Position numbers and translations under genes: made by a program
Notes under the pieces: generated by a model
What the model saw: only the letters and a program-made list of their open reading frames with translations
What the model was told of the DNA's origin: nothing
The model's database searches: none
Assembly (NCBI GenBank): GCA_965217585.1
Contig: OZ244561.1
Span: forward strand, 1,280,001 to 1,344,000
Reading direction: 5' to 3'
Length of the DNA stretch: 64,000 bases
Source: Candidatus Latescibacterota bacterium
Lineage (GTDB): Bacteria > Latescibacterota > UBA2968 > UBA8231
Shown: piece by piece, positions 7,719-16,368 of the stretch
Position numbering within the stretch: the stretch's first letter is position 1
Layout: every line of letters begins with the position of its first letter

Positions 7719-10700
7719 CTATTTCAGGTAGAGCATCCGCCGCGTCTGCACCCCGCCCGGATAGTGCAGGCGCACCAGGTACACCCCCGCAGCCACCACT
7801 GCGCCCCGTCCGTCGCGCGCGTCCCAATGCACCCGGTAGGAACCGGCGGCCTGCGCCTCGTCCACCAGGGTGCGTATGCGCTGCCCGAGGAGGTTGTAGA
7901 TCTCCAGGCGCACCGGTCCGTCCGCATCCAGCCGGTATGGGATGAGGGTGCTGGCGTTGAAGGGGTTGGGCGCATTCGGCGCCAGCCCCGGCGGCCCGTC
8001 CGCGACCGCCAGCTTGGACGCGGTGCCCGTGACGTCCGTCACCGACAGCGTGTAGGTGCCCGTCTCGTCCCGGTCGCCCGACACCCGCGCGTAATAGGTC
8101 CCGCTCTCCGGCGCTGTGAACGTCACCCGGCTGTCGCGGCTGCCCCCGAAATTGTCGTTGTAGCTGCCCGACTGGTACTGTCCCTCGCTGTTGTAGATCG
8201 CCCGGAAATAGGTGTCTGGAAGCGTGCCGCCCCCGCCCGGGCTGCCCGTCAGGTCGAACTGGTAGGTCCGACCCGCCACCAGCTTGACGGCGAACCGGTC
8301 CTGATCGCCAGCGGTGCCGATGGTGCCCGTGGCCGAGCCGCCGACGGCGACCCGGCCGGGGGTGGTGTTGTCGTTGGGCAGGTCCGTGGCGCTCTCCGAG
8401 ACGCTCTGCCCGGGATCCTGGTCCTGGCCGGTTGCGGGCGACTCTTGCTCATCCGCCGCCGGACCCCGCACCGTCGTCGAGATCCCCTGCGACAGCGCCC
8501 GGCCGTCCTTCGTGCAGACCGCCGCCGGGGTGTCGCAGGCCGCCCCGGCCGCGAGCGTCACCGTCACGTCCGCCGGCGAGTCCGGCTCGACCGTCAGCTC
8601 CCACAGGTCCCTGCGCCGGTTCACCCGACTGGCCTTCGTCGCCCGGCCCCCGGCCACCGCCACGACGTCCTCCCGCAACCGCTGGCCGTTCATCCAGCTA
8701 AGCGGCTCGCTGAACGCGATCCTGAGCGTGAACGCCGTCTGCCCGTCATGCGCCGCCGGCACGCCCTCGAAACTCGCCGTCAGCGACTCTTGCTCCTCGC
8801 CACCCGGATCGTCCGACGATTCATCCGACACCTGTTCCTCGGAGGGCTCACCGCCACCCGAATCGTCCGACGATTCATCCGGCCCCGACACCACCGTCGA
8901 GATACCCTGCGACAACACCCGCCCGTCCGCCGTGCAGATCGCGCCCGTCTCGTCGCACGGGCGCCACGCCGCCAGCGACACCGTCACGTCACCGTCCGAG
9001 TCCGGCTCGATCTCAATCTCCCACACGACCTCCCCGTCCTGGCCGCCGGCCAAGCGTTTCCCTGCGCCGCTCGCGGCTTGGCCGTCCACGGCGCGCACCG
9101 ACGTCACTTCGCCGCCCTCGACTTCCACGCCGCGCGCGCCCACGTTTTCGACCGCGTCGCTGAACCCCACCCGGACCTTGATCGCCTTCGAACCGTCGTG
9201 CTGATCCGGCGGCGACGCAAACCACGCCCGCAGCGGCATCCGCACGCCCTGCAGTTGGCTGGGCAAAAGCTCCTTGAGTTCAACCCTGTAGGTGCCCACA
9301 CGGTACGGCCGGGTGTCGGGTCGCGCCGTCGGGGCGACGTAGATCTGCCACGTCTGCTCCGCCCCGGTAAGCCCTCGCAGGTCGATGACGAAGGCCTGGA
9401 ATTCTTCGCAGTCCCTGTTCGACTGGCCGTGTTCTGCGCAGATCTCCGACATGGTCACGCCGTCCACCCGCGGCTTGCCCATGTTGTGATCGGTGTAGGG
9501 GCCCGGCGGATTTGCGCGCTTGATCCACGGCGTCGCGGCCGTGCCGCCACCCGTCTTTTGGCCCCGGACCCGGACGGCATACGCCGTGCCCGGCTGCACT
9601 GCGATTTCGGCCCGGTCAACGTCGCCGTAGGTGTTCAGTACCGCCGTTAAGGCGGAAGGGGTTGGCAGACGCAGCGTACCCACCGCCGGGTCGCTCACCG
9701 GCACGAGCTGGAACTGGAACGATCCCGCCTGCAGGCTCCCGCCCCCGGCGTTCCCGAAACCCCCGCCATGCGAGATCTTGACCTTGTGTTGGCCGCTGTT
9801 CTGTACCGTGATTCTCGGTAAGAGACCCTCGTTCGTTCCCAGCACGAGGTTCTCGATCTCCGTGCCGCCCGCATCGGTCACGATCACCCGGTGCTTCGGC
9901 GCATCCCCGCTGACCCTGAACCGGTACTGCCCGCTCTCCAGGAGGATTCGGAACACTTTCTGATCGTTGAGCGCGTCGAGTTCCGACTCCACCCCGCCAG
10001 GCAAGATCAGTCCTCCGTCGGACTCCACCAGCGCCGGCGTCGTGGCGCTGACCACCTCGGACCAGGCGCTCTCGTCGTCGTCGTCGACCGCCTTGACCCG
10101 GTAGTGGCGCGTGGTCCCGGGCGCGATGGTGTCGTCGTTGAATCGCGTGGGGTAGCACACGCACCAGATGTCGAACGTCCCGTGCTGGTTCGTGTAGTTC
10201 ACCAGCGACGTCCACGATGTGCTGCCGTCGGCGGACCATTCGATCTTGTAGCCGTCGTCGCGCGCGATCGATCGCGCCTGTTAGAGACGGCAGGGTCCTG
10301 TCCCATTCGAGCGTCACCCGCATCGGCGCCACCGCGCGAGCGCTCGGGTTGGTCGGCGGGGGCAGGAGCACCTGTCCCTTGACGTCGATTCGCATCGACT
10401 GATTACTTCCTTGCCATGTACCGATCGAAGGCCTGTTTGTCCGCGAATCATTGTCGATGGTCCAATTCTTGGCGGCCCCGCCGTCTTCGTCGTTGCCGTC
10501 GGAATCGGTATCGGTCACGGAAACAGCTACCCTGTCGCTTGAGGTCGTTTTAACCTGCACGAAGTAGGTTTTCGATGCCTCCAGCACGATGCCGCCGTCG
10601 GGAACGGTGAACACATTGACCGAATTCGCCGTGATGCTCGAAGGGTTCTCCAGCGTCTTCAGTCTGTCGCCGGGATTGCTTGCCCCGCCCTTGTGCAATG

Positions 10701-11331
10701 TGACCTCGACGTCGTCATCGACTTCATCTCCAATCCCGATTCCGATCGATGTGACCCGCGCCCAGGTGCCGGCCGTGAATGCTTGCGCACTTCGATGGCC
10801 ATTTTCAAAAAGGTTCCTGTCGTTGCCATCCAGGGAGGTGTTCCTCACCAGGGACGGCCCGCTGGAGTCCGTGATGCTGAGGTCCACGTCGTCGCCCGAA
10901 GACCAGGAGGGGCTGGAATCCCACGTGTAACGCTTGTTGCTGGAGCTGACGCTGGCGTCCTCGAAGGCCAGCTCGGTATCGTCCACGTTCAGGGTCAGGA
11001 TATCGAGCACGTTCTCGGGAAGGAGGGCATTCAGAGTCAGTTTCAGATCACTGCCGTCGTCTTCGATCCTCCTGATCGTGTACGTCGTGCCGTGCAACTT
11101 GAAGTCGTCGTCGGATAGAACATTGGAGTTGGCGCACTGCCCATTGAAGGGGCCACTTTCGGAACAACCGAATTCGTCCTGGGCGGTATTCAGGGTTTTC
11201 ACGTCCAGGTCGGCGGACCAGATGGTCACGTCTTCCGCGGAGGCCGGCGGCGCGTTGACGAGCGAGGCCGCGAAGAGGACGCCGCAGAGGACCGCGGCGA
11301 GGGGCCGGTGGCCGGTCGATTTCAAATCCAT
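7719..11331 (-). pseudogene. Frameshifted modular secreted surface protein (signal peptide, beta-sandwich domains, FN3, two Cys-containing HDG repeats, PPC-like domain, FlgD-like CTD)
   Basis: RBS AGGAGA plus ATG 11331 (MDLKSTG...PASA); first frame runs to ~10265, then the FN3 sequence GYKIEWSADG continues in the 7719-10202 frame; ends PNPFN...RRMLYLK. Confidence 0.8.
8801..8890 (-). repeat. 54-bp-period tandem repeat encoding an acidic linker (DESSDDxGG)
   Basis: cacccg..tcgtccgacgattcatccg at 8801 and 8855. Confidence 0.75.
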
Positions 11332-11432
11332 GGCAACGTCTCCTTTTCTATCATGAAGGCCGGTTGAGGACCGCCGGCGCCCGGCTCGACCCCGGTCGAG
11401 GAGGAGGCAAGCCGGCGGCCCTCGGGCCGGGC

Positions 11433-14400
11433 CTACTCGAGGTAGAGCATGCGCCGGGTATGCACGCCGCCCGGATAGTGCAGGCGCGTGAAGTAAATCC
11501 CCGTGGCCACGCTCCGAGCCGCGGCGTCGCGGACGTCCCAGCGCACCCGGTAGGTGCCGGCCTTCTGCACCTCGTCCACGAGGGTGCGTATGCGCTGCCC
11601 GAGGATGTTGTAGATGACCAAGCGCACGGGTCCGGGCGCATCGAGTCGGTAGAGGATGACGGTGTTGCCGTTGAAGGGGTTGGGCGCGTTGGGCGCCAGG
11701 CCCGGCGGCCCGTCCGCGACCGCCGGCTTGGACGACGACTTGATTTTTTTGACCGTCAGCTCGTAGTAGCCCCACTCGAACGACTCGCCGCTCGCCGCGA
11801 TGTAATAGGTGCCACCGGCATGGGCGTGAAACGTCACCCGGAACAGGTGGTGGGAGATTGATTCGTCGCGGGACCGCGTGTTGACAAGGGACTCCCCGTC
11901 CGCATCGTAGATCGCGTTGATCTGCGGGAGGCGCAGGGTGAGCTCGGGGTCGACGGGTTCGCCGAGGGTGCCGAGGCCGGGGCTGCTGAGAATCTGGCCC
12001 TTCATGTCGATCCGGTAGGTCCGGCCCGCCTCCAGCTCCACCGCGAACCAGTCGGTGTCGAAGGTGTAGCCGGTGATTTCTCCCTCGTCGTCGCGGAAGG
12101 CGACCGGTTTGTGGATGTCGCTCCTCGCCGCTGACCCGTTCACCACCACCACGCCGCTGGTGCTGGCGTTGGCGGGCAGGTCGGCGCCTTCCACGACGAA
12201 GATGTAGCCATCGTGTTTCTCGGGCAGAGACAGCTGGGTGATGAGGGTGAGGTCGATGTCCACGGTCACCGGCGCGGTCGTCCCCAGCGTGGGGGTCACG
12301 GTGACCGCCGTGCCCTCGACCGAGCCGGCCGCCACCCTGAGCGCCGTCACGCCGCCATCGAGCATCCCGTTGGCCACCGTCACCGGGATATCGACCGTGA
12401 ACGGCGCCCCCGCCAGCACCTTCGCCCGCACCTGATCGGACCCCACATCCTCCAGGGTCACGGAAAGCGGCAGCGGATAGCCGGTGTTGGGGTTGTCGCC
12501 CAGTTTGAGAGTTGTCAGCGCCGTCAGGCCGGAGAACACGCCGGCGGGAAGCGACGTCAGATCGTTGTCGTACAGACTGAGCAGCTCCAGCGCCTCCAGG
12601 CCGGAGAACACGCCAGCGGGAAGCTCGCTGAACTGGTTGGAATACAGATAGAGGTCCTTCAGCGCCTCCAGGCCGGAGAACACATCGGCAGGAAGCGAGA
12701 CGAGCGCGTTGCCGCTCAGACTGAGCAGCTCCAGCACCGTCTGGTCGGAGAACACGCCAGCGGGAAGCTCGCCGAGCTTGTTGGACCGCAGACTGAGATT
12801 CGTCAGCGCCGTCAGGCCGGTGAACACGCCGGCGGGAAGCGAGGTGAGTTCGTTGACGTTCAGATAGAGCCTCTGCAACTCCGTCAGGCCGGAGAACACG
12901 TCAGCGCGAAGCGAGCTGAGCTCGTTGTTGTTCAGCCGGAGATTCGTCAGCGCCTCCAGGCCGGTGAACACCCCGGCGGGAAGCTCGCTGAGCGCGTTCT
13001 CGCTCAGATAGAGCGTGTCCAGCGCGGTCAGGCCGGAGAACACGTCAGCGCGAAGCGAGCTGAGCGCGTTGCTGTTCAGACTGAGGTTCGTCAGCGCCTC
13101 CAGGCCGGAGAACGCGTCAGCGGGAAGCTCGCTGAGCTTGTTGTGGTAAAGAATGAGCCAATCGAGCGCCTCCAGGCCGGTGAACCCGTCGGCGGGAAGC
13201 GAGCTGAGCTCGTTGTTGTTCAGATAGAGCCTCTTCAGCGACGTCAGGCCGGTGAACACCCCGGCGGGAAGCGAGCTGAGCGCGTTGTGGTTCAGACTGA
13301 GGTTCGTCAGCGCCGACAGGTCGGAGAACACGCCGATGGGAAGCGAGACGAGCGCGTTGTGGTTCAGACTGAGGTCCTGCAGCGCCGTCAGGTCGGAGAA
13401 CGCGCCGGCGGAAAGCGAGCTGAACTCGTTGCTGTTCAGATAGAGGTCCTCCAGCGCCGTCAGGTCGGAAAACACGTCGGCGGGAAGCTCGCTGAGCGCG
13501 TTGTTGCCCAGCCAGAGGTACGTCAGCGCCGTCAGGCCGGAGAAATCACCCGGCTGCAAGGACCGGATGTCCTCATTCGCGAGATTGAGACCACCCGTCA
13601 CGCCGGCCAGTTGCGTTGTCGTCACGTCGGCGCAGTCCTCCGTCCCGCCTTTGATCGGTGGCTGCTTCATGATCTCGTTCCGCACCTGCTCCGTGCGGCC
13701 GCAGAAACCGGACTTCGGCGTCGCCGGAGCCGCCTCCGCCGCGGTGCCGGCTCCGTCGGTGTTCGCCGCGCGCAACTGGAACGTGTACGCCACGTCGTTG
13801 GTGAGATTCTCCACCACGACCCAGTCCTCGTGGGCCCCGCCCGGCGCGCTGTCGTCGATCTCCGTCCACTCGGTGGGGTAGTCGCCGGTGGTCTTGAACC
13901 GGTACTCGTGGCGCGTGATGTCCGCGTCCGCGTCCGGCGCGTCCCAGGTGAGCGTTACCTGCTCGTTGCCGTTCGACGCGTTGAAGCCCTGCCGCGCGGG
14001 GGGTACGTCGCGCAGCTCGACCAGCTTGTCCGTCCCGCCGGCACCGCCGGGCGTGCCCTGGCCGGGCGCGCCGCTGCCGTCGTCCTCCCCGCCCTGCTCG
14101 TCCGGGTCGTCGGCTTCGACGAAAGTCGACTGCGGCGCGGCCGGGGTGCTCACCTCAACGTCGCGGGACGGGTCGCTCGCCCCGCCAGGGTTGATGGCCA
14201 GCACCCGGTACACGTAGGACGTCTCCGGCTCCACCGCGTCGTCGGTGTAGCTGGCAGCCGCACTGCCCGTGTCCTCGCTGAGGACGGCGAACTCGCCCCG
14301 CACCCCGTCCACGACGTCGGCGCGCAGGATGCGGTAGCCGGTGATGCTGTCGTCCTGCGGGTCGGTCCAGGAGAGCAGTACGGCGTCGTGCCCGGCGGCG

Positions 14401-15770
14401 CTGAGAATTCCCGTGGGCTTGTCGGGCGGTTCGGCCGCCGGCTCCTCCTCCGGCTCCGGGGCCGCTGGCGTGGCGATGTGCAACCAGCGGGAGCGCTCGC
14501 TCACCCCGTACGCGTTGATCGCCTTGATCCGGTAGGTATACGTCGTGCTTGCAGCCACCGTGTCGTCGGTGTACGTCGTCGCCGCCGTGCCCGTATCCGG
14601 CACCAGTTCACTGAACTCGCCCCCTTGATCGTTCACGCGCACGCGCCGCAAGATCACGTAGCCGGTGATGCTGTCGTCGCCAGGGTCGGCCCAGGTGAGC
14701 ACCACCTGGCCGAGCGTCGCCGTGGCGGACAGCCCCGTGGGCTGGGCGGGTACGGGCGCCGCCGGCGTGGCGACGTGGAACCAGAGGGAGCGCTCGCTCA
14801 CCCCGTACGCGTTGATCGCCTTGATCCGGTAGGTGTAGCGATTCTCAGCCGCCACCGTGTTGTCGGTGTAGGTCGTCGCCGCCGAACCCGTGTCCGCTAC
14901 CAGCTCATCGAAGTAGCCCTCCTCGTCGGTATCCCGGTTGCGCCGCAAGATCACGTAGCCGGTGATGCTGGCGTCGTCAGGATCATCCCAAGTCAGGGTT
15001 ATGGCATCGTGGGACGCCGTGGCGGACAGCCCCGTGGGCTGGGCGGGCGGTTCGGCTGCCGGCTCCTCCTCCGACTCCGGGGCCGCCGGGATGTCGACGT
15101 GGAACCAGCGGGAGCGCTCGCTCACCCCGTGCTCGTTGATCGCCTTGATCCGGTAGGTATACGTCGTGCTTGCAGCCACCGTGTCGTCGGTGTACGTCGT
15201 CGCCGCCGTGCCCGTATCCGGCACCAGTTCACTGAACTCGCCCCCTTGATCGTTCACGCGCACGCGTCGCAAGATCACGTAGCCGATGATGCTGTCGTCG
15301 CCAGGGTCGGCCCAGGTGAGCACCACCTGGCCGAGCGTCGCCGTGGCGGACAGCCCCGTGGGCTGGGCGGGTACGGGCGCCGCCGGCGTGGCGACGTGCA
15401 ACCAGCGGGAGCGTTCGCTCACCCCGTACGCGTTGATCGCCTTGATCCGGTAGGTGTAGCGATTCTCAGCCGCCACCGTGTTGTCGGTGTACGTCGTCGC
15501 CGCCGAACCCGTGTCCGCTACCAGCTCATCGAAGTGGCCCTCCTCGTCGGTATCCCGGTTGCGTCGCAAGATCACGTAGCCGGTGATGCTGTCGTCGCCA
15601 GGGTCGGCCCAGGTGAGCACCACCTGGCCGAGCGTCGCCGTGGCGGACAGCCCCGTGGGCTGGGCGGGTGCGGAGTCCTCCTGCGCCTGCACCGGTGAGC
15701 AGAGCAGGGCCAGCACCGCGATGGCGGCGAACAGAACGGGGAATCGTCGTCTATCGGTGCGAGTCATCAT
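11433..15770 (-). CDS. Large secreted adhesin-like protein: 6 FN3 domains, Cys-capped typical LRR solenoid, PPC-like domain, FlgD-like CTD
   Basis: RBS AAGGAGG plus ATG 15770; signal peptide VQA-Q; FN3 motifs (LTW...ITGY.ILR...YTY RIKAIN); 24-aa LRRs; ends PNPFN...RRMLYLE. Alternative in-frame ATG at 15881 also has a GGAGGAG RBS. Confidence 0.9.
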   Translation of the reverse strand: MMTRTDRRRFPVLFAAIAVLALLCSPVQAQEDSAPAQPTGLSATATLGQVVLTWADPGDDSITGYVILRRNRDTDEEGHFDELVADTGSAATTYTDNTVAAENRYTYRIKAINAYGVSERSRWLHVATPAAPVPAQPTGLSATATLGQVVLTWADPGDDSIIGYVILRRVRVNDQGGEFSELVPDTGTAATTYTDDTVAASTTYTYRIKAINEHGVSERSRWFHVDIPAAPESEEEPAAEPPAQPTGLSATASHDAITLTWDDPDDASITGYVILRRNRDTDEEGYFDELVADTGSAATTYTDNTVAAENRYTYRIKAINAYGVSERSLWFHVATPAAPVPAQPTGLSATATLGQVVLTWADPGDDSITGYVILRRVRVNDQGGEFSELVPDTGTAATTYTDDTVAASTTYTYRIKAINAYGVSERSRWLHIATPAAPEPEEEPAAEPPDKPTGILSAAGHDAVLLSWTDPQDDSITGYRILRADVVDGVRGEFAVLSEDTGSAAASYTDDAVEPETSYVYRVLAINPGGASDPSRDVEVSTPAAPQSTFVEADDPDEQGGEDDGSGAPGQGTPGGAGGTDKLVELRDVPPARQGFNASNGNEQVTLTWDAPDADADITRHEYRFKTTGDYPTEWTEIDDSAPGGAHEDWVVVENLTNDVAYTFQLRAANTDGAGTAAEAAPATPKSGFCGRTEQVRNEIMKQPPIKGGTEDCADVTTTQLAGVTGGLNLANEDIRSLQPGDFSGLTALTYLWLGNNALSELPADVFSDLTALEDLYLNSNEFSSLSAGAFSDLTALQDLSLNHNALVSLPIGVFSDLSALTNLSLNHNALSSLPAGVFTGLTSLKRLYLNNNELSSLPADGFTGLEALDWLILYHNKLSELPADAFSGLEALTNLSLNSNALSSLRADVFSGLTALDTLYLSENALSELPAGVFTGLEALTNLRLNNNELSSLRADVFSGLTELQRLYLNVNELTSLPAGVFTGLTALTNLSLRSNKLGELPAGVFSDQTVLELLSLSGNALVSLPADVFSGLEALKDLYLYSNQFSELPAGVFSGLEALELLSLYDNDLTSLPAGVFSGLTALTTLKLGDNPNTGYPLPLSVTLEDVGSDQVRAKVLAGAPFTVDIPVTVANGMLDGGVTALRVAAGSVEGTAVTVTPTLGTTAPVTVDIDLTLITQLSLPEKHDGYIFVVEGADLPANASTSGVVVVNGSAARSDIHKPVAFRDDEGEITGYTFDTDWFAVELEAGRTYRIDMKGQILSSPGLGTLGEPVDPELTLRLPQINAIYDADGESLVNTRSRDESISHHLFRVTFHAHAGGTYYIAASGESFEWGYYELTVKKIKSSSKPAVADGPPGLAPNAPNPFNGNTVILYRLDAPGPVRLVIYNILGQRIRTLVDEVQKAGTYRVRWDVRDAAARSVATGIYFTRLHYPGGVHTRRMLYLE
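12490..13590 (-). repeat. 72-bp LRR tandem array (15 full repeats plus 1 partial)
   Basis: LxLxxNxLxxLPAxVFxGLxALxx units; recurring ccggagaacac/ccggtgaacac every 72 bp. Confidence 0.95.
14430..15670 (-). repeat. Near-identical FN3 tandem duplication (A-B-A-B; 621-bp period, 297-bp sub-unit)
   Basis: gtacgggcgccgccggcgtggcgacg at 14750 and 15371; alternating RRNRDTDEEG / RRVRVNDQGG domains. Confidence 0.95.
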
Positions 15771-15947
15771 CGTTCCTCCTTGTGGTTGTTCGTGGGTTCG
15801 GGACGCCGGAGCGATAGCGAGAAACCGAGTGCTCAGCCGCTGAGGCCGGCGCAGACTCCGGTCCGTGGATAGTTGGCTCATGATTCTCCTCCGCTTGGAG
15901 GGCAAACGTGTTCGTGCAAAAAGAGAGGACAAACGTCTGTACATAAG

Positions 15948-15959
15948 GAACAAACGTTC
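15948..15959. promoter_or_regulatory. GAAC-N4-GTTC palindrome (Gram-positive-type LexA box-like) within three CAAACGT direct repeats
   Basis: GAACAAACGTTC; CAAACGT at 15903, 15930 and 15951, upstream of the FN3/LRR gene. Confidence 0.35.
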
Positions 15960-16074
15960 ATATCAGGTCGCACAACCCAGGCGACCTCCAGCCCATCGGA
16001 CCTCGACCAAGAACCGAGCAGGCGCGGCCAAACAGACGTTGGCCGCAGTATGGAAAGAGTGGGTCTTAGAGAAT

Positions 16075-16090
16075 GGGGGGGGGGGGGGGG
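16075..16090. repeat. G16 homopolymer followed by the AT-rich imperfect palindrome TAAATTACTGTTTTTGAACGACTTA
   Basis: Direct sequence. Confidence 0.85.
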
Positions 16091-16368
16091 TAAATTACTG
16101 TTTTTGAACGACTTATGAAATTATGTCTGTCGTCCAAAGCTCGGGACCGGACGCTACATGGGGCCACCGCACCAGCCGCTGTCTTATCAAATGTCAGGTT
16201 GTGTACCATTTTCTATTTCCGGCCAATATGAATATGCAATTGTCTGCATTAATAATCACATATATAAATCGGCATCCACCCCTACTGGCCGCTGCATCAA
16301 CGGCACAAACGGAAGCAAGCCTACATGCCCCCCGTCGAGCTTCTACTGTCGTGTACTCAGGGCAATGG

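Noticed and set aside
7065-9650. 861-aa plus-strand ORF
   Set aside because: Antisense shadow of the minus-strand surface protein
7517-10254. 149-bp repeat pair as a DGR template/variable repeat
   Set aside because: Mismatches are not confined to adenines (G/C, A/G, T/C, T/A, G/A), the target is not a C-terminal CLec domain, and no reverse transcriptase is in the window
9616-11775. 719-aa ORF as an intact gene
   Set aside because: Only 11331 to ~10265 looks coding; the flanks are out-of-frame overlap with neighbouring coding sequence
12490-13590. 72-bp periodic array as CRISPR
   Set aside because: In-frame LRR coding repeats with no unique spacers and no cas genes
12213-15698. 1161-aa plus-strand ORF
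   Set aside because: Antisense shadow of the GC-rich FN3/LRR gene; Arg/Gly-rich with no domain signal
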